Assembly: GCF_965237495.1 (NCBI RefSeq) | Contig: NZ_OZ250143.1 | Location: forward strand, 1,866,130 to 1,930,129 | Reading direction: 5' to 3' | From: Candidatus Palauibacter sp. | GTDB taxonomy: Bacteria; Gemmatimonadota; Gemmatimonadetes; Palauibacterales; Palauibacteraceae | Length of the DNA: 64,000 nucleotides | Shown here: positions 45,488-55,669 of the stretch, in pieces | Position numbering within the stretch: the first letter of the stretch is position 1 | How the letters are laid out: every line of letters starts with the position of its first letter | Notes under the pieces: model-generated | Told to the model about the DNA's origin: nothing | The model's database searches: none | The model's input: only the letters and a program-made list of their open reading frames with translations | Position numbers and translations under genes: made by a program

Positions 45488-46806
45488 CGCGCGTCGTCCT
45501 CATCCCCAGCGGCCGCACGCTGTGGCTGCTGGGGCTGGCGTCGTTCCTCTTCCTGGTCTCCGCGGGGGGCGGGTTGGCGGCGGACGCGATCATCCTCCTC
45601 GTGGCCTGGCTCGACGGGCGTCGGACCCCGTTGCCCTCGGCCTCGCGGCTCGTCCCGCGCATCGCCGCGCTCGGCGAAGTCACGGAAGTCTCGATCGACG
45701 TGGTGAACCCCACCCGTCGCGCCCTCTCGCTCCGACTCACGGACGACCTCGACCCCAGCCTGCGGCGCCTCCCCCACCCCGGCGATACCGACGAATGGGA
45801 AGACGGGGTGCGGCTGCATCTCCCCGCCGACTCGACGATCCGCTGCAGCTACGAGGTACGGCCCCGAACGCGGGGGTTCCTCGCTTTGGGCGCGATCCAC
45901 CTGCGGACCCGGTCGCCGTGGGGGTTCGCGTGGCGGCGTTCCACCATCGAGGCCGCCGACACGCTGCAGGTGCAGCCGGGCATCCGGAGGCTGCTGCGCG
46001 ACCGGAGCGGCCATGCACTCCGGTGGGGACTGCGGACGGCGGGGGCCCGCCGCAGCCGGCAGTGGGGCGAGGGGCGCGAGTTCGAGAGCCTGCGCGACTA
46101 CGCCGAGGGGGACGACCCCCGCATCATCGACTGGAAGGCGTCGGCCCGGCGCCGGCGTTTCGTCGTACGCAACTACGAGGCGGAGCGGAGCCAGAACATC
46201 GTGCTCGCGATCGACGCGGGCCGCCACATGCGCGAGCGGCTGGAGGACCGGGAGCGGGTCGACTTCGCCCTCGCGGCGGGGATGATGCTCGCCACCCGGG
46301 CCCGGAATTTCGGTGACCGCATCGGAGCCATGGTGTTCGACGATCGCATCCGGCACGTTTCGCCGCCGCGCCGCGCCGACCCCGGCGCGCTGGCCCGGAT
46401 CTTCGCCGGCGTGGAGACGCGGCCCGTCGAACCCAACTATCCCCTGGCCTTCGCGACCCTCGCGCGCACCTTCCGCAAGCGGGCGCTCGTCATCCTGTTC
46501 TGCGACGTGATCGACGAGGCCGTCTCGAAGGCCCTCGTGACCTCGCTCACGAGGATCGGGCGCGCCCACCTCCCCCTGGCCGTCGCGATCCGCAACCCCG
46601 CCCTCGAGAAAGCCGCGGCGCGGCCGGCGCCGACGCCCTCCGAGGCCTTCCACCGAGCGGCCGCCGAGGAACTCGTCCAGGCGCGGGCCACGACGCTGCA
46701 GGTCATGCGCCAGTCCGGGATCCTGGTGGTGGACACGCCGCCCAGAGACGCGCTCGTCCGAACCCTGGACAAGTACGTCGAAATCAAGGAGCGGGGGCTG
46801 CTCTGA
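45481..46806 (+). CDS. DUF58 domain protein (vWA-like, MoxR partner)
   Basis: [26 protein letters not shown] motif; start unresolved (no ATG/GTG/TTG between the MoxR stop and the TM segment; the only in-frame ATG is at 45331 inside moxR). Confidence 0.6.
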   Translation, partial: PIARVVLIPSGRTLWLLGLASFLFLVSAGGGLAADAIILLVAWLDGRRTPLPSASRLVPRIAALGEVTEVSIDVVNPTRRALSLRLTDDLDPSLRRLPHPGDTDEWEDGVRLHLPADSTIRCSYEVRPRTRGFLALGAIHLRTRSPWGFAWRRSTIEAADTLQVQPGIRRLLRDRSGHALRWGLRTAGARRSRQWGEGREFESLRDYAEGDDPRIIDWKASARRRRFVVRNYEAERSQNIVLAIDAGRHMRERLEDRERVDFALAAGMMLATRARNFGDRIGAMVFDDRIRHVSPPRRADPGALARIFAGVETRPVEPNYPLAFATLARTFRKRALVILFCDVIDEAVSKALVTSLTRIGRAHLPLAVAIRNPALEKAAARPAPTPSEAFHRAAAEELVQARATTLQVMRQSGILVVDTPPRDALVRTLDKYVEIKERGLL

Positions 46807-48541
46807 CCCCCCGACCCGCGAACCCGAAGTAGACGGCGAGAAGGACCGCCGTGGCGCCCCCGAATGCGAACTTCGCCACCGCGGGCAGCCCGGATGGAGA
46901 GTAGAAGCCCTCGACCAGCCCGGCCACGAGGAGCAGCAGCACCGCGCCGCCCAGCAGGGAGAGGAACTCCCGCCCGCGCTCCCTCAGCGCCTCCCGGCGG
47001 GTCCGCCGCCCCGGAACGAGGAGCGCCGACCCGAGACCCAGTCCCGCCCCGCCGGCCAGGCAGATGGCGGTGAGTTCCATCACGCCGTGCGGAAACACGA
47101 AGGCGAGGATCACCCCGAGCACCTCGTTGTTCGCGTACAGCCCGAACGCGGCACCCAGCAGGACCCCGTTGAAGACGAGGATCAGCACGGTGCCCACCCC
47201 CGCCAGCAGACCGCCCGCGAAGGCGGTAAACGTGACGCCGACGTTGTTCGTCATGACCATCGACGAGAGCGCCGGCATCTCGGCGCCTCCAACCTCCAGA
47301 TAGGCCGCGTCGGGGTCCCCGCGCACGGTATTCTCGGCCCGCGCCAGCATTCCGGGCGGCATGATCGCGCGGGCCCGCGCTGGTCCGTCCCGGACGGCGG
47401 CGTACGAGGCCAGCATGGGGCCGAAGAGCAGGAGCGCCGCGAGAAGCACCTGACGGTGGTGGCGCCGCACCGCCCGCGGGAACTCGCGGGCGACCCAGCG
47501 CCCGAGCGGGACCGCCGCCCGCCCCTTCGCCCGGTAGAGGAGGTTGTGCCCCGAGCCGGCCCACCGCTCCACCGCCTCCATCATCGCCGGCGAGGCGCCG
47601 TAGGTTCGGGCGCGAGCCAGATCCGCCGTCACGCCGCGGTAGAGACGACCGAACGCCCGGACTTCCTCTTCGGTGAGCGCCCCCAGGCCGCGGGCGCGTC
47701 CCTTCTCCACCAGCGCGGTGTACGCCTCCCACGCCTCCCGCCGCTCCCGAGCCATCGCGGCGGCCTGTAGACTCGCCCCTCCCCGGCGGGCGGCGTGCCG
47801 CGGCGCCTCCGCCCCGTGCAGATGGGCGAGCCTCGCGTCGGGATCCGCCTCCGATTCGGCGAGATCCCCGCCGACCGATTCGCGAAGGGCACCCCAGACG
47901 GAACTCGCGACCCGGGCCCGCACCCCAGGCTCCAGTCCCTCCCGACGCGCCATGTATCCCGCCAGCAGCTCGAATTGTTCGGGGGAGAGCGTCGGGCGCG
48001 TCGGGCGACCGGAAACCTCGACCTCGTCCCCGAACATCTCGCCGCCTCCGGTGTCCCGGACCACGATCGTGCCCGCGACGATGTCCCCCAGCCGCTGCGC
48101 GCGCCGGTTGAACAGGATCGTCGCGGCTCCCGCCATCCCCGTCACGCCCGGCTGCAGATCGACAAAGCGGATCAGGTTGCGGAGGACGGACCCCTGGAAG
48201 GAGAGCGGCTCACCGCCGTCGTGCAGCACGCGCAGCCCCAGCGCCCGTTTCCCGGGCGTGCGTCCGTCCCACACGGCTTCGAAGAAGAGGAAATACCCCC
48301 AGGTGGCGAAGAAGAGGACGATGTAGAGGACGGCCATCCCGAATCCCGCACCCGCACCTCCGAGCGCCCCCGTGAACCTCACGACGAGGGCGACCAGCAG
48401 GATCGTCGTCACGATGATCGCCAGATCGAGGGCGAGGGCCGCCGCCCGCGATCCCAGGTCCGCGAGCTGATATTCGAGCCGGACGTGCTCCGGCGTCTCC
48501 AGCGCGATGCGGCGGTGCAGACCACCTCGCGCTTCGGGCAT
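46784..48541 (-). CDS. RDD-family domain fused to SpoIIM/DUF95-like membrane domain
   Basis: N-terminus RRIALETPEHVRLEYQLADLG...WGYFLFFEAVWDGRTPGKRALGLRV (RDD); C-terminus TNNVGVTFTAFAGGLLAGVGTVLILVFNGVLLGAAFG (SpoIIM-like); convergent with the DUF58 gene, 23-nt overlap. Confidence 0.6.
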   Translation of the reverse strand: MPEARGGLHRRIALETPEHVRLEYQLADLGSRAAALALDLAIIVTTILLVALVVRFTGALGGAGAGFGMAVLYIVLFFATWGYFLFFEAVWDGRTPGKRALGLRVLHDGGEPLSFQGSVLRNLIRFVDLQPGVTGMAGAATILFNRRAQRLGDIVAGTIVVRDTGGGEMFGDEVEVSGRPTRPTLSPEQFELLAGYMARREGLEPGVRARVASSVWGALRESVGGDLAESEADPDARLAHLHGAEAPRHAARRGGASLQAAAMARERREAWEAYTALVEKGRARGLGALTEEEVRAFGRLYRGVTADLARARTYGASPAMMEAVERWAGSGHNLLYRAKGRAAVPLGRWVAREFPRAVRRHHRQVLLAALLLFGPMLASYAAVRDGPARARAIMPPGMLARAENTVRGDPDAAYLEVGGAEMPALSSMVMTNNVGVTFTAFAGGLLAGVGTVLILVFNGVLLGAAFGLYANNEVLGVILAFVFPHGVMELTAICLAGGAGLGLGSALLVPGRRTRREALRERGREFLSLLGGAVLLLLVAGLVEGFYSPSGLPAVAKFAFGGATAVLLAVYFGFAGRGVRAAPAP

Positions 48542-48641
48542 CAGCCGGTTGTCCGCCGACAGGTCAACACCCAGGACCGCTCGTCGTCCCGCGCCCCCGC
48601 CGTAGACCGCCGATATGCAGCATCGATCCCCGCCCGGGGGA

Positions 48642-48944
48642 TCATTCTCCACTCGCTCGCGTCTTGCCCGGCGAACTCCGCCAGCCGGGGACCAGGAACA
48701 GCGCCAGTTCCAGGCCCGCCAGAAGGCCGGCAGTGGCGGCGGTCGCGACCGCGAGGGCCATGAGCAGAATCCTCGGCTCGTCCATCGACGTCGCCCAATA
48801 CCACGTGGAGAAGAACGTCGAGGCAAAGCTGCCCGCGAAGATCGAGCGCTGCGGCACGTTCCGGTAGCGTTGCCACTTGTTCACGGGTTGAGCTTCATGG
48901 AGTCCCCCTTGCGCCAAGGCTACACGCCGACCCCCGGAGTGCAA
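48642..48944 (-). CDS. small hypothetical membrane protein (2 TM)
   Basis: ORF just downstream of the ABC permease on the same strand; shorter GTG start at 48884 also possible. Confidence 0.25.
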   Translation of the reverse strand: MHSGGRRVALAQGGLHEAQPVNKWQRYRNVPQRSIFAGSFASTFFSTWYWATSMDEPRILLMALAVATAATAGLLAGLELALFLVPGWRSSPGKTRASGE

Positions 48945-48956
48945 GACACCACTGCG

Positions 48957-49790
48957 TCACAGATCGCGGCGGCGGAACCAGATGAAGGCGCCGCCGATGA
49001 AGAGCACGGTCCAGAGGGTAGCCATGATCACATGCGAGCCGAGATCGACGGCCTCGGGAGCCGAGCGACCGGCCGCCTCCGCGGCGGCGGCGATCCGCTC
49101 GAACGTGGGGGCGTCGTAATTCCGAAACTCGAGGAGCGGGAAGACGTTCCTCCACGGGAGGTACTCGAGCCGCTCGGAATAGTCAGGCAGGATACGCTGC
49201 ACGAGCAGGGGGAGCATCCCGAACTCGATCGCTCCAAGCCACAGGAACCAAACGGCAAGCGCCGCGCCGGTCTTGCGGATCGCCAGGGACAGGAAGAAGG
49301 CGAAGGCCCCCACGCTCAGGAACGCGAGCACCAGCCCGCCCGTCGCCTGGAAGACCGAAAGCGGCACGAGCGACGATGCGGCAGCCCCCATGTCGGTGCG
49401 AATCAGCGCCAGCACGCCGGGAATCAGTACGTGCGCGGCGACGAAAGCGAGGCCCACGATCGGCAACAACAGGGTTTTGCCCCAGAACCACTGGGACTTC
49501 GACAGACCGTCGATCACGTTCTGCCGCGCCGTCCGCCAACTGAACTCCGTCGCCGTCAACAGAACCAGGGTAATGGCGGCAAAGAGGAAGAGCGTGGCCG
49601 AGTCGTCGCCGAATACCGACGCCCAGATGTCCGGGAGCCGGAAGCCCTCGCTGCGCTCGAAGAAGGAGTACGCTTTGTCCATGAACGTGACGAGTGCGTA
49701 GAAGCCGAGCGCCATCCACAGGACGATCCGCTTCCTCGCCTTGAACCACTCGTTGCGCAGCAGCACGCCGAACACCCGACCGCCCTTCAT
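48957..49790 (-). CDS. ABC-2 type transporter permease
   Basis: 6-TM 277-aa protein; start overlaps the ATPase stop (ATGA). Confidence 0.7.
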   Translation of the reverse strand: MKGGRVFGVLLRNEWFKARKRIVLWMALGFYALVTFMDKAYSFFERSEGFRLPDIWASVFGDDSATLFLFAAITLVLLTATEFSWRTARQNVIDGLSKSQWFWGKTLLLPIVGLAFVAAHVLIPGVLALIRTDMGAAASSLVPLSVFQATGGLVLAFLSVGAFAFFLSLAIRKTGAALAVWFLWLGAIEFGMLPLLVQRILPDYSERLEYLPWRNVFPLLEFRNYDAPTFERIAAAAEAAGRSAPEAVDLGSHVIMATLWTVLFIGGAFIWFRRRDL

Positions 49791-50722
49791 TGCACTTCTC
49801 CGAACCCGTGGGACCCGCCCGTAATCTCCATGAACGCGTCCTCCAGCGACTGCCGTTCCAGCGACAGGTGCGAAGCGTAGATCCCCCGCTCCGAGAGGAA
49901 GCGGTTCAGCTCCGCGAGCCCCCCGCCCTCGAGTTGCGCCAGCACCCGGCCGTCCACGACCCGGGTGTTGCTCACGCCCTCGAACTCGGCCACCGCGAGC
50001 TTCAGCGCCTCCACGTCCATGTCGGCCCCCACCGCGGCCACCGTCCGGGCGGAGGTGATCTCGTCCACGCTCCCCTCGCGGATGAGCCGGCCGCTCTCGA
50101 TGATCGAGACGTGCGTACAGGTGCGCTCCACCTCGTGCAGCAGGTGGCTCGAGAGGAAGATCGTCTTCCCGCGCGCGGCGAGTTCGCGGATGATGTCGCG
50201 GATCTCCCGCTGCCCGGCCGGATCGAGGCCGTTGGCCGGCTCGTCGAGGATGATGAGTTCGGGGTCGCCGATCATCGTCGCCGCGAGCGCGAGCCGCTGC
50301 TTCATCCCCAGCGAGCAGGCCCTGAACTTCGTCTTCTGGCGCGCGGCCAGCCCCACGACATCGAGCGCCTCCGTGACCTCGGTCTCGTCCCGCCCCTTCA
50401 CCCGCGCCACGAGCCGCAGGTTGTCGCGGCAGCTGAGGTAGGGATAGAAGTTGGGATACTCGAGCGTGGCCCCGATCCTCTGGCGCCCGGCGTGGAGTTC
50501 CGCCGGCGACGAGCCGCCGAAGAGGCGGAACGAACCGCCTGTCGAGGTGATGACCCCGAGCAGCATCCCGATCGTCGTCGTCTTCCCGCTCCCGTTCGGG
50601 CCCAGGAAGCCGTACACCTGCCCGGCCTCCACCTGCACCGAGAGCTGGTCTACGGCGAGCGTCCCCTCGCCGCGAATCGCGGCGTACCGCTTGGAGAGCC
50701 CCTGCGTCTCTATGATCGACAT
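49787..50722 (-). CDS. ABC transporter ATP-binding protein
   Basis: GPNGSGKTT Walker A; LSLGMKQRL signature; ILDEP Walker B; 311 aa. Confidence 0.9.
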   Translation of the reverse strand: MSIIETQGLSKRYAAIRGEGTLAVDQLSVQVEAGQVYGFLGPNGSGKTTTIGMLLGVITSTGGSFRLFGGSSPAELHAGRQRIGATLEYPNFYPYLSCRDNLRLVARVKGRDETEVTEALDVVGLAARQKTKFRACSLGMKQRLALAATMIGDPELIILDEPANGLDPAGQREIRDIIRELAARGKTIFLSSHLLHEVERTCTHVSIIESGRLIREGSVDEITSARTVAAVGADMDVEALKLAVAEFEGVSNTRVVDGRVLAQLEGGGLAELNRFLSERGIYASHLSLERQSLEDAFMEITGGSHGFGEVQ

Positions 50723-50747
50723 GTGCGAGTGCCCGGTTGACTGTTGA

Positions 50748-51086
50748 TCAGGGGCCCGGGGGCGGCGAGCCGGGGGCGGCGGGGGTCGGAGTCGCGGGGG
50801 GTGGGATCGCGGGCGTCGTGCCGCCGGCACGCTCCTCCAGCTGCCGGCGGAACAGCTCCGCTTCCGCCAGTTCGTTCAGCCTCTCGTCCCGCTCCCGGCC
50901 TTCGAGTTCGAGCTGGGCGACGCGCTCCCTCAAGAGGGCGATCGTCTCCCGGTCCTGCTTCCGGGGCCCGAGCGCCTGCGTGACGTCCCGCACCAGTGGC
51001 CGCAGCGCGAAATGCGTCGCGAACGCGAGGACGGGGACGCCGATCGTGAAGAAGATCGCGAAGAGGGGGATAAGCAGGTCTTCCAT
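50748..51086 (-). CDS. small single-TM protein with coiled-coil, first gene of the ABC operon
   Basis: MEDLLIPLFAIFFTIGVPVLAFATHF then RERVAQLELEGRERDERLNELAEAELFRRQLEE. Confidence 0.4.
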   Translation of the reverse strand: MEDLLIPLFAIFFTIGVPVLAFATHFALRPLVRDVTQALGPRKQDRETIALLRERVAQLELEGRERDERLNELAEAELFRRQLEERAGGTTPAIPPPATPTPAAPGSPPPGP

Positions 51087-51147
51087 GTGGAAACCGAACG
51101 CAAGGGGTGGCGAGAAGGTTTCGGAAGAAGGATGTGGGCCGCGGCCA

Positions 51148-53211
51148 CTACCCGGGCGGGGTTCGACCGATGATGCCCCGGCCCCACACGTTGTTGCCGC
51201 GGTTCACGTCGGGCAGGATCCCGTCCGGGTCGAGTTGCACGTTGCGCACGAATCCGTCGACCACCTCGAGCACATAGGTGCCGTCCACCTGCCACGCCTC
51301 GACCGGGACGTCGTGCCGCTGTTCGTCCCCGCCCCGGTACAGGATCCGGATCTCGAGCGGCATCGGGATCCCGCCGCGGTTCTCGATCGTCACCGTCGTC
51401 GTGTCCCCGATCCTCTCCACGGAAGCGATCGCCTGGTCGAGCACCGCGTCCTCGTAGATCCAGCCCTTGAAGAACCAGTCGAGATCCTGCCCCGACACGT
51501 CCTCCATCGTGCGGATGAAGTCGGCCGGCTGCGGGTGCTTCCACGCCCAGCGGCGGATGTACTCCCGGAACCCCTCGTCGAACACCTCGGGACCAAGCAC
51601 ATCCTCGCGCAGGAGGACGAGGACCGCGGCGGGCTTGTTGTAGGCGAGGACGCCGATGTCCTCCTCGGGGATGCTGTCGGCCGGCGTGAGGATCGCGTAC
51701 CCCGGCCGCTGCGTGTCCACGGCGATCTGGGCGGGCGACATGAACTGGCCCAGGATCGGCTCGCCGCCCGAGAACTCGATCCCGGAGTAGTAGTTGATGA
51801 ACGTGTTGAAGCCCTCGTCCATCCACGCGTATCGCCGCTCGTCGGAGCCCACGATCATGGGGAACCAGGTGTGTCCGATCTCATGGTCGGTGACGGAGAA
51901 GAGGAACGCGCCGCGCGACTCCCACGAACAGAACACGATCATGGGGTACTCCATCCCGAGCGCGAGCCCGGCCACGTTGATCGCCACCGGATACGGATAG
52001 CGGAACCACTCTTCCGAGTAATACTGGACGCTGTGGCGCAGGTATTCCGTCGAGCGCTCCCACCCGCTGACGCCGCGCCCTCCGAGGCTCTCCTCGGGGT
52101 AGGCGGACATGATGAGCACGTCCTCCCATCCCGCCGCATCCCACACGAAGCGGTCCGACGCGGCCCACGCGAAGTCGCGCACGTCCTGCGCCCGGAAGCG
52201 CCACGTCAGCGGCAGCTCGCCGGGGGGGCGGGTTTCATCGTCCCCCGCCTCGTCCGGCTCGATGATGTGGATCGTCTCTTCCGAGTTGCGCGCCCGCGCC
52301 AGCCGTTCGCGCTGCGTCGGCGTGAGGACATCCTCGGGATTGAGCAGTTCACCGGTCGCGACGACGACGAAGTCCCGGGGGACGGTGAGTTCGACCTCGA
52401 AGTCCCCGAACTCCAGATACCACTCGCCCTGCCCGAGGAACGGGGACTGGTTCCAGCCGTTCACGTCATCGTAGGTGAACATGCGGGGGTACCACTGGGC
52501 GAGCTGATAGATGATCCCGCCCCGGATGTCGAGTTGCCCCATCCGGTCGCCGCCCGTCTCGGGGATCTCGAACGCGAAGTCGATGTCGACCTCGAGTTGC
52601 GCGCCCGCGGGCGGGAGGGGCTCGTCGAGGAGGATCTCCATCATCGTGTCCTCGGTCCGGTACTCGGGGACGGTCATCTCTCCTTCGTGCTCGACCCGCA
52701 CCCCCGAGATCACGAAGCCGCCGTCCCGGAAGAAGCCGCCGTGGCGGACATCTCCCTCGACTTCTTCCGCTCTCAGCGCACCGTAGCTGTTCTCGCGGAA
52801 GAGGTTCTGGTCGAGTTGCACCCAGAGGCTCGTGAGGGAATCGGGGCTGTGGTTCGTGTAGGTGATGCGTTCGGTGCCCTCGATGCGGTCGCCGACGAGG
52901 CTCGCCCGGATGTGGTAGTCCGCGCGCTGCTGCCAGTACTCGGGGCCCGGCGCGCCCGTGGCGTCGCGGAATGGCCCGGGTTCGGGGAGGTCGAGCGGCT
53001 CGAAAGCGGCGGCCGGGTCGAAGATCCGCCGGAGCGAGTCGCGGCGCGCGAGTTCCGCCGCCGCCGCCGCCTCACGTTCTTCCGGGTCCCCCTCCTGCGC
53101 CGCCAGACCGCCGGGAAGCGCCCCGGCCGCCAGCGGGAGCAGAACCAGCACGGCCAGCGCGGCGAGCAGCCGTGCGCGAGGCGTCTGCGGCCGCGCACCC
53201 ATCACCCTCAT
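51148..53211 (-). CDS. M1-family zinc aminopeptidase (secreted)
   Basis: Signal peptide; gluzincin motif VTDHEIGHTWF...WMDEGF. Confidence 0.8.
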   Translation of the reverse strand: MRVMGARPQTPRARLLAALAVLVLLPLAAGALPGGLAAQEGDPEEREAAAAAELARRDSLRRIFDPAAAFEPLDLPEPGPFRDATGAPGPEYWQQRADYHIRASLVGDRIEGTERITYTNHSPDSLTSLWVQLDQNLFRENSYGALRAEEVEGDVRHGGFFRDGGFVISGVRVEHEGEMTVPEYRTEDTMMEILLDEPLPPAGAQLEVDIDFAFEIPETGGDRMGQLDIRGGIIYQLAQWYPRMFTYDDVNGWNQSPFLGQGEWYLEFGDFEVELTVPRDFVVVATGELLNPEDVLTPTQRERLARARNSEETIHIIEPDEAGDDETRPPGELPLTWRFRAQDVRDFAWAASDRFVWDAAGWEDVLIMSAYPEESLGGRGVSGWERSTEYLRHSVQYYSEEWFRYPYPVAINVAGLALGMEYPMIVFCSWESRGAFLFSVTDHEIGHTWFPMIVGSDERRYAWMDEGFNTFINYYSGIEFSGGEPILGQFMSPAQIAVDTQRPGYAILTPADSIPEEDIGVLAYNKPAAVLVLLREDVLGPEVFDEGFREYIRRWAWKHPQPADFIRTMEDVSGQDLDWFFKGWIYEDAVLDQAIASVERIGDTTTVTIENRGGIPMPLEIRILYRGGDEQRHDVPVEAWQVDGTYVLEVVDGFVRNVQLDPDGILPDVNRGNNVWGRGIIGRTPPG

Positions 53212-53500
53212 ATAACTCCCCTTCTCATCCTCAGCGGCCTTTCCTCATCGGCTGACATCTCCCGTAGGACAGCGTACACCACAGCGGCGACGATGCCGAC
53301 GCACCCTGCACTCCCCACGCGAGGCAATGTAGTTGGTCAGTGCCATCCGACCGAACGCCACGGTCGCTCGGATCCCGACACCGGAGCGGCGGCGTGGGTG
53401 GCCCGCATCGTTTCGGACATCGTGTACCTGTTCGCTATGTTGGATGCGCGGTGCGATGCGCGAGCACGCAACGGCGCCACGTCAACCGAGAGGTGTGAGC

Positions 53501-55669
53501 ATGCCCGGGTCCCGGAACATCCTGTCTCAGCCCTTCCCCTTCCGCACTCCGAGGCGGGCCCTCGCGCTCGCCGCGATCCTCCTCCTGGCCGCGACGGCCG
53601 GAGCGCAGACCGCCACCGCCCAGGACGACGACGCATGGACGCCGGCCTTGAGCATGCGGTACCACGCCGTCTCGGGGACCGCGATCTCCCCCGACGGCTC
53701 CCGCATCGCCTTCGTCGTGCGCGAACCGCTGATGGAAGGACCGCAGTCGGAGTACCTGAGTCACATCTGGCTGACGGACGCCGAGGGATCGCGGGCCACG
53801 CAGTGGACCCGGGGCGAGGCCTCGGCGGGCTCTCCCCGCTTCTCGCCCGACGGCGAGTGGCTGACCTTCACCACGAGCCGGGACGGCGAGGGCGAAGGCG
53901 GAAGCCAGCTCTGGGCCCTGCCGCTGGCGGGCGGAGAGGCCCGGCAACTCACGGAGGCGGGCGGCTCGGTGGGGGCGTATCGCTGGTCGTCGGACGGGAC
54001 GCGCATCGCGTTCCTCATGCGGGATCCGGAGACGGCGGACGAGAAGAAGGCGCGGGAGGAGAAGCGCGACGTCATCCTCGTGGACCGGAACTACAAGTTC
54101 TCCCACCTGTATGTGGTCGCCGTCGACCCGGAGTCGGACGAACCCGCCGAGCCGGTGCGGCTCACGGCCGGCGACTTCCACATCACGGGGTTCAGCTGGG
54201 CCCCGGACGGCGGGCGGATCTCCTTCTCGCATCAGGCCGACCCGCGGATCAACACGGCGCGGCTGAGCGGCGACATCTCGACGACGACCGTCCCGGACGC
54301 CGGGGCGATCGCCGACCTCCTGGCCGCCCGTGAAGAGACCGAGGAGGAGGAGGAGGAGGAGGAGGAAGGCGACCCGGCCGCGGTCGGAGACTTGTCGGCG
54401 CTCGTGACCGGGGCGGGGATCGAGAGCGGGCCGGTCTGGTCACCCGATGGGGCGTGGATCGCCTACGTGTCGACGGGCGACCAGCCGGAGCCGATCGGGT
54501 TGGGCGACGTCCATGTGATGCCGGCCGCGGGGGGAGAGGCGCGGCGCCTCGATACGCCCAACCGCAGCGCATCCGTGCTGGGGTGGTCGGGCGATTCCTC
54601 CGAACTGCTCCTGCTCGAATCGCTCGCGACCCGGCGGCACGTCCTGGCCGTCCCGGTGGATGGAGGCGAGACGCGGTTCATCTCGTACGGAGACGGCGTG
54701 GTCGGCTCGGTCGCGCTCACCGACGACGCGAGCCGCATGGCCTTCACCTGGCAGACGACCGAGGAGCCGTGGGATGTCTTCGTCTCGCCCACGAACGGAT
54801 ACGCGCCGACGCGGGTCACGGACCTCCACGCCGATGTGCCGCGACCAGAGATGGGCCCGACCCGGCTCGTCTCATGGACCTCGACCGAGGGGTTCGAGAT
54901 CGAGGGCCTCCTCACCTACCCCGTGGGATACGAAGAGGGCGAGCGGGTACCCATGATTCTGAACGTGCACGGCGGCCCCGGCGGCGTGTTCAGCCAGAGC
55001 TTCACCGGGTCGCCGGCCGCCTACATGCTGCAGTACTTCGCGCAGGAGGGGTTCGCGATCCTGCGCCCGAACCCGCGCGGGTCCACGGGCTACGGCAAGG
55101 ACTTCCGCTACGCGAACTTCCAGGACTGGGGCTACGGCGACTTCCGCGACCTCATGTCGGGTGTGGACCACGTCATCGAGATGGGCGTCGCGGACCCGGA
55201 CCGGCTCCTCCTCATGGGCTGGAGCTACGGCGGCTACATGACCTCGTGGGCCGTCACGCAGACGGACCGCTTCGTCGCCGCGAGCATGGGCGCCGGCCTC
55301 CCCAACCTCATCTCGATGACGACGACGACGGACATTCAGGACTACCTCGTCGGCCACATGGGGGTGGAGTTCTGGGAGGACTACGAGCGCTACGAGCGAC
55401 ACTCGGCCATGTACCACATTGCGAACGTGGTGACGCCGACCCAGGTCATCCACGGGGCCGAGGACCTGCGCGTCCCGTTCACGCAGGGGCAGGAGTTCTA
55501 CCGGGCGCTCGACCGGCGCGGGATTCCGACGGAGATGGTGGTATACCCGCGGACCCCGCACGGGCCGCGGGAGCCGAAGTTCGTCATGGACGTCTCCGAC
55601 CGGATCCTCGCCTGGTTCCGCAAGCACCTGGACTCGGATGCGGTCACCGCTGCGGACGAGGGCCGCTGA
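53501..55669 (+). CDS. S9-family serine peptidase with beta-propeller and an internal poly-Glu linker
   Basis: Signal peptide ALALAAILLLAATAGAQT; GWSYGGYM nucleophile motif; HGAEDLRVP; EETEEEEEEEEEGD linker. Confidence 0.8.
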   Translation: MPGSRNILSQPFPFRTPRRALALAAILLLAATAGAQTATAQDDDAWTPALSMRYHAVSGTAISPDGSRIAFVVREPLMEGPQSEYLSHIWLTDAEGSRATQWTRGEASAGSPRFSPDGEWLTFTTSRDGEGEGGSQLWALPLAGGEARQLTEAGGSVGAYRWSSDGTRIAFLMRDPETADEKKAREEKRDVILVDRNYKFSHLYVVAVDPESDEPAEPVRLTAGDFHITGFSWAPDGGRISFSHQADPRINTARLSGDISTTTVPDAGAIADLLAAREETEEEEEEEEEGDPAAVGDLSALVTGAGIESGPVWSPDGAWIAYVSTGDQPEPIGLGDVHVMPAAGGEARRLDTPNRSASVLGWSGDSSELLLLESLATRRHVLAVPVDGGETRFISYGDGVVGSVALTDDASRMAFTWQTTEEPWDVFVSPTNGYAPTRVTDLHADVPRPEMGPTRLVSWTSTEGFEIEGLLTYPVGYEEGERVPMILNVHGGPGGVFSQSFTGSPAAYMLQYFAQEGFAILRPNPRGSTGYGKDFRYANFQDWGYGDFRDLMSGVDHVIEMGVADPDRLLLMGWSYGGYMTSWAVTQTDRFVAASMGAGLPNLISMTTTTDIQDYLVGHMGVEFWEDYERYERHSAMYHIANVVTPTQVIHGAEDLRVPFTQGQEFYRALDRRGIPTEMVVYPRTPHGPREPKFVMDVSDRILAWFRKHLDSDAVTAADEGR

